60,230 bases of DNA. Source: Sphaeroforma arctica JP610. Its lineage: Eukaryota. The stretch is from contig NW_014040001.1 in assembly GCF_001186125.1 (NCBI RefSeq), forward strand, positions 1 through 60,230. The letters run 5' to 3'. A model generated the notes under the pieces. The model did no database searches. It was not told the DNA's origin and saw only the letters and a list, made by a program, of their open reading frames with translations. Within the stretch, counting starts at the first letter, position 1. Each line of letters opens with the position of its first letter. Shown here piece by piece: positions 25,316 through 37,463 of this stretch. The position numbers and the translations under genes were made by a program.

Positions 25316-27959
25316 GATGGTTATGTCTGTACTTAAAAGTACTCGAGATGTATATGTATAACTTCGACTCAAGAAGTGTGAGAAAGCCAGCTATCATACG
25401 ACGCATAATATGATATGCTAACGCCCCTGTATTTATTTACCAATTCATCTCGTGGCAGGTACTCTCAACAGTCAACATTGCTATTTTTAGCTCATTTTTG
25501 GCGGGGGAGAGGTTAATTGCTTGGTTTTTTAATGAGAACAACAACAAACAATTTCAGCACTGGCCGTCCGGCAGGTCTCATTAGGTAAAACGTATTTACG
25601 TTTAAAATCATCTCGTAAACGTGAAAACGTAGTACGTTTACGTTATGAGCCTTACGTCTATATGCAAACTGTGTTGCAAGTTTATGCGTAAACGTCAAAA
25701 CGTGGTACGTCTACGCTGTATATGGGTTACGTTATGAGCCCTGCCGTCCGGTCGTCCACCCAGCCTCAAGAAAGTCCAGAGTCCACTCCAGAGTCCAGAC
25801 CTCGGGCCGTTTCCCCTTGATATACACCGTTTTCAAATATGCCTTTCCGTTCAACTTTTTACGAACGTTAGTCCGTTCAGCCATATTTTCTTTCTTCTCT
25901 CTCTACTCTAGAGAGTAGAGGGTCATGACTTTTTTATCTCTGTATATGTATAGTCCATAGCCCTATGTGAATTTATAGGTGCATATATCAGGTTACCAAG
26001 ATTGTCCTAAATTTGATTCTTTAGCGCCGAAATGACCCACCCATCATAGCCCGTAGACATCGGCGTAAATACAAATCAAAGTGCAAATATGAGAATTTTG
26101 TTGACTGTCTATTATTTTAGGGCCTCAGGCCCTCAGCCCCTAGAAGAAGGGACCAGTCACCAGAGCGGTTCAGTCAGCCTCAGTGGCCAGTGCACCAGAG
26201 AGAGTCCCCACTCCCCACTCTCTTCTTGCGTCAGTTTTGTTTTAGTTTTTGTGAATTCTTTTTTTGTTTTCTTTTTACAAAACAACCAAACAAAACAAAA
26301 CAAAGTGCTCTGCAGCATGTCCTTGTAAATATTTATTGATGTACATATTCTCATTAAGCCTTCTGGCCTGGGGCCTGTGCTGGCCCATCATGTTATTTTT
26401 AGGCTTAGATATTCAAAACACCTATATTTACATCAGCTTTAATTTTCAATCGTTGATAGGGGCAACAAGGTTAACGACTTCAAAAACATCATTATAGAGC
26501 CTGTCGTCTAATTATTCCGAACAAACACGCGATATAGATTGTTTCAGGTTCCTTTCCATTAGTGACCAGACATACTTTAGGTTCCCGTATTCTACTAACA
26601 AAGGATACTACGGCAGGGAAACCATAACAACCGGCAACTAGCGAGCGTTCATCGACCGAATCAAACATGCGTTTAAATGATTTCAAAATTGTGTTTCATA
26701 GCCTCTTGTAAAATAAAATAAAGTGTTCGTTCGGGAAGAAAAGCCGGTTCAAACAATAACGAATTATAGAAAAGCATTTGACCTTGTAAACAACTTGTAA
26801 AGGGAAGCTTTAAATAGAAGTGATGACCACCATGTCGACAAATTCTGGTTAACTGGTACATCCCCGTCATGTTCGCCAAACCTTAAAGTTCCGAGATGCT
26901 ATAGACGTATCTTCTGAATATATATAAACATATTTGTATGTATTGTCGTTCGATCGAGTCAAGTTTCGTCTCTCTTCGACTACAAAGACATTGTGTAAAA
27001 TGACCATAACGCAACTTCCAAACATCAAATCAAATACAAAATGAAAATCCATTATTGAACAAATTTGAATATATTTATTAGAGGGTATATTTTCGATATT
27101 AGCCATATACCTATGACGTTGAACTTTGGCGTATAATATCAGTCTAAAGTCTACAAGTATCCATAGTACTGATGATAAATCTTTGGCTGCACTATCGAAT
27201 GCATACCGAAACAAAATAGGTAGGAGAGCACCTCCGTAGGCAATGGATAATATAGCACTTACAGTGATATTTCAAAATCTAATTAGCGCGATTCGAGAAC
27301 CCGGATTGCCTCCGATTGAACCTACAGCTGCCCAGCACCAAATAACTGATTTCCCAAAGGCACACCTTCATACCAGAACTATTAGCTACAGCCCGAAGAG
27401 GCAAACTACAAGACACAGAATATTCAACAGTTTCCGCTTAAATGGGATGAACGCCTATATCCGCCTCCTTGAAACTCAAATTAAATATTGTCTTCGGACT
27501 ACAGAGTAACAACCATTCAAAGCGCTAGCACAACGCAGGATGATATACACATGTTCAATCTTTTCAGAGTTTTAGATGCAACACATCGAAAAACGGACAG
27601 TCCATTTGATTGTGAATAGAAAGCCTACATTAGCACAGCGCGACATAAGACATATAGCAGTTCTCAATTGTTTGCAATATCAACTTGGCTTATCATATAA
27701 AAATATTCGAACAAGCAATGCCATATGAACAGGGATACAATACAACACTCGAAACTCAACTTGGCCTTTAAGTAATCACATTGACGATCACATAAGAATC
27801 TACAACCCACTTCATGTTCAAAGATCGACACAGATGACAAATAATCAAACAAAAATTCAATCCCGTTTAGTTGTAACAATGCTATTTTAAAAACTCGTGT
27901 ATCATACCAAATGTCTTCGACAACAAATGGTAATATAGCAAGTATGCATCGCAGTAAAA

Positions 27960-28112
27960 CCCTAAAACACATTTGTATATACATCAAAAGAATATATCCA
28001 GCCATACGTAATTGATCATGTTTGAACACACAAGTAAACACATCAAAAGATTACAAGCAGGTCACATGTAATTTAACATGCTGAACACACAAGTATACAC
28101 ATCAAAAGATTA
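27960..28112. repeat. ~59-bp degenerate tandem repeat x2.5 downstream of RPS3A
   Basis: AACACACAAGTA(A/T)ACACATCAAAAGATTA recurs. Confidence 0.75.
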
Positions 28113-28263
28113 TCATTCAATATGGATACATAAAGACAAATATATTTAAAAAATGGCTTTGCACACACTTGGAAGACAAATACAAAATACAAAATCGAAA
28201 CCAGAAGTTCATCTTTCTAAATTTGACACGAACCAGAGTTTATTCAGCCCGTTTATACACCGT

Positions 28264-30254
28264 TTAGACGGATTCTTGTGGCTTAGGCTCAACGAAGTCC
28301 TTGTTTCCGACCTTGACGCCGCTGATAGATCATAAATTACAACATAATTAGTCTCGTGCCATTTACTACACGAGATACATGATATGCTATACGTTGTACT
28401 TGATTTCATACTAAATATTGAATACATAGCAAATATACGAGGAAAATGTTCAAGCCATTAAGAAAAACTTACCCCTCGCTGGTGGCACTAGCCTCTCCGT
28501 GCATCTCCATAAGCTTCTGGTGATCGAACTTAGGCTTCTTGAGGATCTTTACTTTACGGATGTAAACGTTCTGTAGAGGGTAGATACCGTTGGTGGCCTT
28601 GGTAATATCCGATCCCATGGAGCCAGCAATGCTATTGACAGACAGGATGCGTGACATATAGTTAATATATAAATACGTGCAATGCAAATCCAAAAGAATG
28701 AAATATGCAACAATTGGGACATTGCGAAAGCCGTCATGCCTGGATCCATGTGTGACACTAACCGGGAGCATCGAGAAAAATACGAAGCTTACAACTTAAC
28801 ATTGGAACAGCAAACGCTTCGACAGCTTTCGATATCGTAATACACACAATATACCAACCCATCATACAAAATGTAGAAATTGAAATAATTCAATACAATA
28901 ACTTACAATTTGTTGACCAGCTCACGGAAGTCTGAAGTTAGGGACTCAGTAGTCATGATCTCGACCATCTTCTTACGGATGGTGCGGATCTGAGCATTCT
29001 GGGCGTATGAGGTCTTCTTAACCTGATTGGGTTGACGCTTGGTGAATCCAATACAGAATAGACGCAGGTAGTATCCATCCGTGGTCTTCACGTCAGCGAA
29101 GGCCTCGATAAGCGAGTGCCACTTCTTAACCAGAGAATGAAGCTTATCGGTGGTGAAGTCCATACCGTGGAAGTTAGTAATAACATTCTTGCCTTGGACA
29201 TCCTCAACAACAAGACGCATCTTGCGGTAGGCCTGATCCTCATCGTCGTTTAGATCAGCAAGGGACACCTCGAATACACGGCCCATAAGACCGTCAGAGG
29301 CGATCTTGGTACCTTGCGTACGGTTTACAAGAGTCTTACCAACATTGCGCTTGGTGAAAACGGAAGGGGCCTTGATATCATACCAATCCTTCTTTGAAAA
29401 AGGGTCCACACTGTATTCGATTTGAGATTTATAGCAAAATGTGCACGTAAGCAACCCACGTTACGCAAGAGCAATACCAATACCAATACCTTGCACGCAT
29501 AGTGCAAGATACGATATACCATACAAACTACAAAACTCAGGTGGAAATATACCAATACCTTGCACGCATAGTGCAAGATACGATATGCCATACAAACTAC
29601 AAAACTCAGGTGCAAATCGAGTAAGTACACTGGCAATAATATCGACCACAATAACTTACGTCTTCTTCTTGGATCCCTTGCCCTTCTTGGATAAACGCTT
29701 ATTCTTGCCAACCGCTGTGCGACGAAGTGAAAAAGAGCCACATACGCTAATGAGTATCAAATTTCAAGTACATATCTGAGAATATACTTAACTAGAGAAA
29801 TACTACAAGGCCATGTGCACCGATATAAGTAGTCCATATTGACTATTGAATTACAAGACCGGCCAGACTACTTGCCCTATTCTACCCGAGCCATGCCTAT
29901 GCCCCATCAATCCCGAGATCTCGATATTGATATGATACAAACTGTGCGTACATTCAGATCCTTGAAGCTCTAAAGGTATCTGAAACGCTCGCTATGCTGA
30001 TTTTTCTCCGTCGCATTATCCCATTTTCGATTCATGTTTTCGTACGCATATGCATCTCGCTATTATTCTCGCTACTGTGACATTACATCCTAAAAATATC
30101 TCACAAGTTGGAGTGTTCGAATACGTTTTCAGGGCATATCTTGGACTGTTGCAGTCTTTGCTGATAGTTGATCGGTATTGGCTGGTTTGAGGTCGTTTCT
30201 CTTACGTTACTATACAGTATGCGTGCAGAAGCGTGTATTTTTACACTTACTCAT
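28264..30254 (-). CDS. RPS3A: 40S ribosomal protein S3a/eS1 (exons 30254-30251, 29714-29660, 29410-28907, 28631-28473, 28321-28264)
   Basis: [84 protein letters not shown]. Phases are consistent. Confidence 0.97.
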
Positions 30255-30642
30255 GATGTCAAGCAGATGTAAAAAGGGTTATTGCGAATCTTCGTGTGCT
30301 AGTATATATCCCGTCCTTGTTGTACTCGCTTTCGGCGGGCATGTGGGTTCATTGATTTCTCAAAATTAGTCAAAAAGTAGGTACACATCACGGGGCGACC
30401 ATTAGGCCACAATTTAGGCTGATTACTGCTATATTTAGGCCTTTTTCTATCCAAAATGTTCGATTGGGAGTATTTTTTTTGATGACGTGTCCTCAAAAAT
30501 CACAACTCTGAACACACAAAAAGCTTTCGCTGTTGCGCATTTGCTTTAAAATCACTTCTGCTTATATAAGTACAAGGACATGCTTACTAAATACTTCTGT
30601 ATCTAATGAACAAGGTGCCTTTGAAGCATATCTCAATATAAT

Positions 30643-31004
30643 ATGGATATGTCAACTGCACATCGCGAGCGCGAAACAGGCGATCTCATGAAGGTATTCG
30701 ACAATAAACGGGCAGAGGGTAGCTTTGTAAAGATAGCAGCGCCAATGGTGCGCTATTCTAAACTCCCGTTCCGTATGCTTTTAAGGCCATACGATGTCGA
30801 CGTTGTATTTTCGCCGATGATCATTTCGCACTCCTTTGTCAGGTGTGACTACGTAAGTATGTTTTTTTGTGAGAAAGACTTGGCCTTGTTCATATGCGTG
30901 AATATGTTTATATCACTGTAACTGTTGAGTACAATTTGATTTTTTTTAGCCAATTCGTGTCGCAGGTCGTGCAATTATGTTGAACCGGAGCATATATATA
31001 TATA

Positions 31005-31037
<33 letters not shown>

Positions 31038-31054
31038 ACGTATATATGAACATG

Positions 31055-31115
<61 letters not shown>

Positions 31116-31280
31116 CTATATATATATATATATATATAGTTGTGTGTGTGTGTGTGTAGTAGTATAGTAGTTAGTTAATTATACTATTTCTNTNTATTGT
31201 GTCGTCGTGTCCTTTATTTATTATTTAATTAATTATATATATAGTGTNNNNNNNNNNNNNNNNNNNNTAGTAGTAGTATA

Positions 31281-31355
<75 letters not shown>

Positions 31356-31559
31356 CATATATTGCATATATATATGTGTGTGTGTGTGTGTGTGTAACAT
31401 GTGTATGTTTAAATAATTACATGTATGTTCATTTATGTATGTGCCTGCGTCTATGTCTATGTTCATATATATATATATATATATAAAATGGGAGTCTGTA
31501 TGGGTGTTTGAGTGTATATCTATATATATTTACATATTTGCGCATGTGTCTATCTGTAT

Positions 31560-31592
<33 letters not shown>

Positions 31593-34446
31593 GTATGTGT
31601 TTATTTATTTATATATCTATAAATACATATATATATATATGTATATTCTTATTTGTACATAGCGATGTACAATCACTCATATTTGATTTACTTTTCTCAT
31701 ATGCGATCTGGGTCTCCTCCTCCCTGAAGAATATGTGTTTTAGTATTTGATTTTTTTCTTTAGTTTTGCATGCACACATTTAGTTGTATTTATATTCATG
31801 TGTACTATATACTTATTTGTTTGATTGTTTTTTTGCTAATGTTATCTAATTCTAAATCAAATCAACCATATCGGTACAACGAATCAAACGGACAATGTTA
31901 ACGCAAATAAATATAATGGATCCTGAGAACCTAATGTCTCATTCTGTCAAATCTTTCTGTCATCAATAAATCATATGCGGCTATAATCACAGCTATTCCT
32001 ATGAAGGGGTAGTTCGCTTGATATGGTTTCTAACTTCGCCTTTTTCGCTGTTCTTCACTGGCACCCGCGCGGATGTATGCAAACACTAACAATCAGTACA
32101 TCTGAGTACAGATCTTTCTTTCAGATCTAAGAATACCAGCACTCATATATGTTCTAAATTAAAATTTGGAAGTCATGTTAGTTGATGCACCACCTTAGTT
32201 CAGCATATCGAGCACGTTATATCGTGTCGTCGTATGTTGTGGCTGTATATTGCTACCATGTCGATCCATGGTATCAGCTCGCGCACATACAGGTGCCGTG
32301 TATAAATCGGTGAAGATACTACTCGAAAGTCAAGTGTAATAGATATGTTTATAGTGACCAACATTTGAATGCGTCGATTGACATTCTTTCACAGCACGGC
32401 CCAGGTAGATATATATATGTGTGTGTGTGTGTGTTTTGAAATGGATGCCCTCTGCATGTGTTCATTGTGCTCAGTTCTTCTGGTCGATTCGTAATGCACG
32501 ATATACGATTTGTTTGATCAAATTATGAGCCAAAAGGTGGTGTATTCAGTCTAAATCGCTCATCAGCCCTATTCATTCACGATGCGAGATTTTCTCACTC
32601 CAAATCGACCTATTCGACATCCGAATGGCATGCCATACAGAGCCGTTGTCACGACACACACTAATTTATCTAGAGTTTGCAGCTTTAGTGGTGCAGAAAA
32701 CTGATAAGCTGCTGTATCCGTTCTTCACCCAGGTCGGAGAGATCTCGCGAGGTTGAGTTCACAACCCTGCCCTACACTGATCAGCCTCTGGTACTACAGT
32801 TCGCCGCATCAAATCCCCAGCAACTTGGGGATGCCGCTGAGTTTGTGACACGCCACTGTGAGGGTATTGACCTCAACTGTGGGTGTCCGCAGCAATGGGC
32901 CATGGATTCGGGCTATGGGTCTCATCTCATCTCAGATCCGCAGATGGTCTTTGATATGGTCAGCCATGCACGTAATCGTACCACGTTACCGATATCGGTT
33001 AAAGTTCGGGTACATGACACCGTCAGGTACTTATCAGACGACTACAATAGTGCACTGTATATATACACGCTCGACAGTAAGTTGAGCGACATTGATACAT
33101 ATTCATACACATTCGCTGTGTTCTATGTTAAGTGCATGTAAGGGTTTCCGCTTGCTTTGATATGGTCAGCCATGCACGTAATCGAACCACGTTGCCGATA
33201 TCGGTTAAAGTTCGGGTATATGAATCCGTCAGGTACTTATCAGACGACTACAATAGTGCACTGTATATATACACGCTCGACGGTAAGTTGAGCGACATTG
33301 ATACATATCCATACACATTCGCTGTGTTCTATGTTAAGTGCATGTAAGGGTTTCCGCTTTCTGTGAGGTTTTAGAAGTACATGGTAACGTTTTATTCCTC
33401 GACTTGATTTGAGAAGATGGTTAGTAAAGCTCAGCTAATGATTGCAGTCGTGGAAGGGTGACTAAAATTTTATACTCCGAAATGTACATGAATTTATGTA
33501 TATTTATTTATATATATGTGTGTGTGTGTGTTTACAAGTACATGCGTATGTATATATTATATATATGTGTGTGTGTGTAGGAAAACATACATATCAACCA
33601 ATGCAGTTTTTTTATACAAAGGTCCGTCTGGAAACCTTTGCCCGTCTCGCAAAAACGAATACGTCATGCTCAGTTTAGCACCACCTACTGTCCACAGTGA
33701 AACAGTTGAAATGGCTAGACGGATAGAGAAATGCGGCGCCGCTTTCCTTTCGGTACACGGGCGCACACCAAAGCAACGGTACGAACCGGTGAACTACGAT
33801 ATCATCCGGCAAGTTAAAGACGCTGTGAATATCCCCGTGGTAGCCAACGGGGATGCAAATAGCCTGGAACAGGCCAATAGTATAGTGGCTTTAACTGGTG
33901 TCGATGGCGTCATGACTGCACGAGGTTTGCTCAGAAATCCGGCCATGTTTAAAGGGTACGACACCACGCCCATCGAGTGTGTGCAGCGGTGGGTTGATAT
34001 ACGATCTCTGCTAGGCTTCAAATTCGACAGCTTCCGGCATATCCTCGCACAGATGCTCGTCGATGTTCTGAGCAAGCAAGGTATTGGGTCTCGGAATCAT
34101 TTGTCCTGCTAAAAGGTTTTGTGTGTTACATTTTTTATGTGTGCTGCTTGTCACTTTTCGAATTTGTTATTCGGTATTCAGTGCAAGACGTGCAACTTCA
34201 TGCTGTTTGTAAGGTACTTCTAATATTGTAGAGCACTTGTACGCCGCGATTTTTCGTGCACGGACACTAACGCAGTTGAGTCTTGTTTGCCCCCACCTTT
34301 CAGAAATGCAGACATTCAATCGATTGAACTCGACAGCGGGGATATTGGACTTTCTTTCAGACTATGGAATAGAAAAGGGCGATGCCGGTAGATTGGATGC
34401 CATGTACTGTGACCTTATGAGCGAGGATACATACTATGTGAGCTAG
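30643..34446 (+). CDS. DUS4L: tRNA-dihydrouridine synthase, DUS4-like (exons 30643-30842, 32733-33026, 33698-34080, 34304-34446)
   Basis: [66 protein letters not shown]. Phases are consistent. Confidence 0.92.
30990..31660. repeat. Intronic (TA)n/(TG)n/(TATG)n tract with an N gap
   Basis: Seen directly. Confidence 0.95.
32949..33359 (+). repeat. ~206-bp tandem duplication spanning the DUS4 exon 2 end and its donor site
   Basis: 32949-33153 and 33155-33359 are near-identical. Confidence 0.95.
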
Positions 34447-34659
34447 CAGGAAGAATCACCAGTTTAAAAGCTATTAGAATAGTAAACCAGATACGTTAAC
34501 ACCTTATATTTTATTGGTGCTGAACTGTTCGGTTGTTGGAGCGATAACCACCATACACATCCATGCGTTCGGACTCATCTCTTGCTCTCTATGTGAAATT
34601 TTACAAGAATATCTCATGCTGGCTCGAAAATTGCAGTTTTGTATTTGCATCCGGTTTAC

Positions 34660-35482
34660 TGCTCTACTGTGTAGCTCGCCGTGTGATATTATGTGGCTTG
34701 ATTAATTTAGAGAATACTTCATCTCCACGGTTTTATACTTCCTTCCGTTCCCAGTGTTACAATCATGCCCACATGACTGACTACTATGTAGGTCGCACAT
34801 CTATTTTGCGGTTTGTGGTCAGGTCATCTACCATTTGAGTCCTTACCGCTGTTTTCTGGATGCACTACTGCCATGTATCAAGGCAATAATTGGATTGCTA
34901 GTGGTGAACTTTATGAACAACGCTGAGCTGCGCGTATGAGGCAAAATCACCACTAAATTCCCCTCAAGACTGAAGCATCGTGGAAATAAAGAATACACAC
35001 AATTGCTTAAGCAAATCGAATGATACCGCTATTGGCATTTGTGCCCCAGGCAGAGATTTTCATGCCAATATGATGTTCCATGCGTAACGTGGCATGACTC
35101 ATGCTGGAGCCTTGCCTTTCTGCTACCACGCGCTCATCTCGGTGTCAATAATGATGGGCAGAACTGACCACACTCTGAAACGCCGGTGACTGCTTGCCAA
35201 TCCAGTACTAGTTGGGAGACGAATACTTGTTTGTACTATGACGTCTGGCATACTGTGTGCTCTCTAGCTCGCAGTGTAATATTATGTGGCTCGGTATGAT
35301 TGGAGTATACTATATATCTGTGATATGCAGCAATACCCCACTGCTTGACCTTCTCAGCGTCAACCATGTCCATATAATTACTGCTGCATAGGCTTCAGTC
35401 ATCCGCCAATCGCTCGATAGGTGGCGTGTATCGTTACCGATTGAACCCTTACCGCTGTTTTCTTGAACCACTGCTACCATAG
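34660..35482. repeat. Old degenerate duplication, ~600-bp period (34660-34875 vs 35260-35482)
   Basis: Shared blocks TAGCTCGC.GTGT.ATATTATGTGGCT and CCTTACCGCTGTTTTCT. Confidence 0.6.
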
Positions 35483-35897
35483 ACTTGGGAGATATGATGG
35501 TCTGCAACTAGTTGCCAGAGATGAGGTCCACAAATAGCGCTGAACTCTGATAACTAGACGATGACAGGCAAATTTTAGCAACGCTTGAAACATCAGTCGA
35601 GCTGAAAAGAAGTACGTCTCAGAGGCGACGAAACCAATCAACATCACTGTTGACAGAGCAGTAGCTCTAAACACCAGGCTGAGATATTCCATACCACTAT
35701 GATGCTCTGTATACATCACTCGTATACTGGTATTTTCGCCAATCTACCACATCTATATGTGATTAGTGGTGGGCAGTACTGGCGACACTCAACCGCCGAC
35801 GAATGCGGGCTACTCTTGCTTTACTATCACACAAGGGAAAAACGCATGATAACAAAAAACACACCCACTACATTCACGATTCCAGGAAACAACCATA

Positions 35898-37463
35898 TCA
35901 TCCATGGCCGATTTTCAGTAGTTGCTTCTTCTTCGCCGTGAGCTTGTTCTTTTCAGCTACATACAGCTCCCTTGCTTCCAGTTCTAGAACAAGAGTTATG
36001 TTGGTAGTTGCGATTTCGGAAATCATATCTGCGATCTTCTTCTCAAGTTCGGCATTGCTCATCCCCGTGTACAATTGTCTTCGAGGATCCAAAGGCTCCT
36101 GCCCTTCATCAGCGACACTCGCTGTCGATGTATCGCCAATTTCATTGATTTCATCATCATCTAATAGAAGGAGGTCTAAGTATGTCCTGTCACTATTTGT
36201 ACTCGTTGCGTCAGACTTCGACCAAACAGCTACTGTACCACTAGTATTAAGTTTATCGTTAAGGATACTTGCTGAGCCAACTATATTTTCAGCGGTCTCA
36301 AAACATTTGAGCGACTTCTTGCGGGATTTGGACGCGGCAACAGGACGTGGACTTTTCCGGCTAAGTTCACTCTGCCGCTTCTCAGGTATGACGAGCCCGA
36401 CGTTTTGTGAGAAGTGGGTCAAGGAATCAATCGTTGTACGACGCGACATACGTTCTCCACTTCCTCGTTGTAGCCTGTCTGAGTTACTGCCACTATGGAT
36501 TGCCGTATTGTTACTACTTTGTATGCTAGAACTACTACCACTATATACTCTATGATGGGAGTAGCTCTTTTTTCCAGGAGACTCATCCTGCGTAGGTGAA
36601 GCTGAAAGCACACTCGCGCTGCGTACAGACCTCACTGGCGATGACGTAGTAGACGTAGACGGACATAGAGTACTCTCGGGACTGCGTGTACCGACTGCAA
36701 TCGTGTAATCCGCGCCGGGTCCTGCTGAGCGCTGTCTGTTATGCCTTTGGCTGATTTGAAACCCACTATTGGAATTGACACGTGGTCTATTGTGTAGCCT
36801 GGCGCTTTGGATGGTGGTACCACTCTTGCGAGGACTTGAACTGCCCGTCGCCGTTTTGAGATCCAACCCGGTCATAGAGGTACTAACACGTCCAGGCATC
36901 AGACGTCTCTTTTGCAGCAGATTAGTGGAGGCGCTCGAAACTGATCTATCTACTGCGGTTGCGTGTGACTTTCTCCTCACGGGGTTTGCCGTCACAGCTA
37001 ATAGAAAGGGTTTTGGGCGTGAATGCTGATTATCGGACTTCGACAGTGCGCCATTGAGATCCTCCATACTACTTGACTGAGTTTTACCTTTGGTATCTAA
37101 GTATTTGGGGGAAAGAAGCAAGCGTTTGGGGGTAGAACCCTTGGAGTCGAGGGTGTCCTGTAACAGCTGGTCAATGCCCTTTCGGCCGGTACGCTTCTGC
37201 AAATTCGACGGCGCTGTTGCCGGGCTAGCACCATCTACTTGCAACTCCCCAATATCTGGCAGGGGCAAATGGGGGGCTGACGCCGAAACATCCACCGACC
37301 GAAGCAAATCTACTGACACTCCGGGGTCATCCAAGCTCACAACAGACAAGCGCCTCGAGATATCATCTGTTGCCAATGCACGGGGAGACGTAGCATTGAC
37401 TGTCTGGCTGTGTCTACTGTGTACACTCTCTGGCGTAGACCAGGTGGCGCTTGCAGCACTCAT
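35898..37463 (-). CDS. 521-aa Ser/Arg-rich disordered protein with a C-terminal SCHIP1/FEZ-like coiled coil
   Basis: Long uninterrupted ORF with low-complexity S/T/R composition and a terminal heptad MSNAELEKKIADMISEIATTNITLVLELEARELYVAEK. Confidence 0.8.
   Translation of the reverse strand: MSAASATWSTPESVHSRHSQTVNATSPRALATDDISRRLSVVSLDDPGVSVDLLRSVDVSASAPHLPLPDIGELQVDGASPATAPSNLQKRTGRKGIDQLLQDTLDSKGSTPKRLLLSPKYLDTKGKTQSSSMEDLNGALSKSDNQHSRPKPFLLAVTANPVRRKSHATAVDRSVSSASTNLLQKRRLMPGRVSTSMTGLDLKTATGSSSPRKSGTTIQSARLHNRPRVNSNSGFQISQRHNRQRSAGPGADYTIAVGTRSPESTLCPSTSTTSSPVRSVRSASVLSASPTQDESPGKKSYSHHRVYSGSSSSIQSSNNTAIHSGSNSDRLQRGSGERMSRRTTIDSLTHFSQNVGLVIPEKRQSELSRKSPRPVAASKSRKKSLKCFETAENIVGSASILNDKLNTSGTVAVWSKSDATSTNSDRTYLDLLLLDDDEINEIGDTSTASVADEGQEPLDPRRQLYTGMSNAELEKKIADMISEIATTNITLVLELEARELYVAEKNKLTAKKKQLLKIGHG

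Noticed and set aside
35803..36555. 250-aa + strand ORF
   Set aside because: Antisense shadow of the 521-aa minus-strand gene, with no recognisable motifs.
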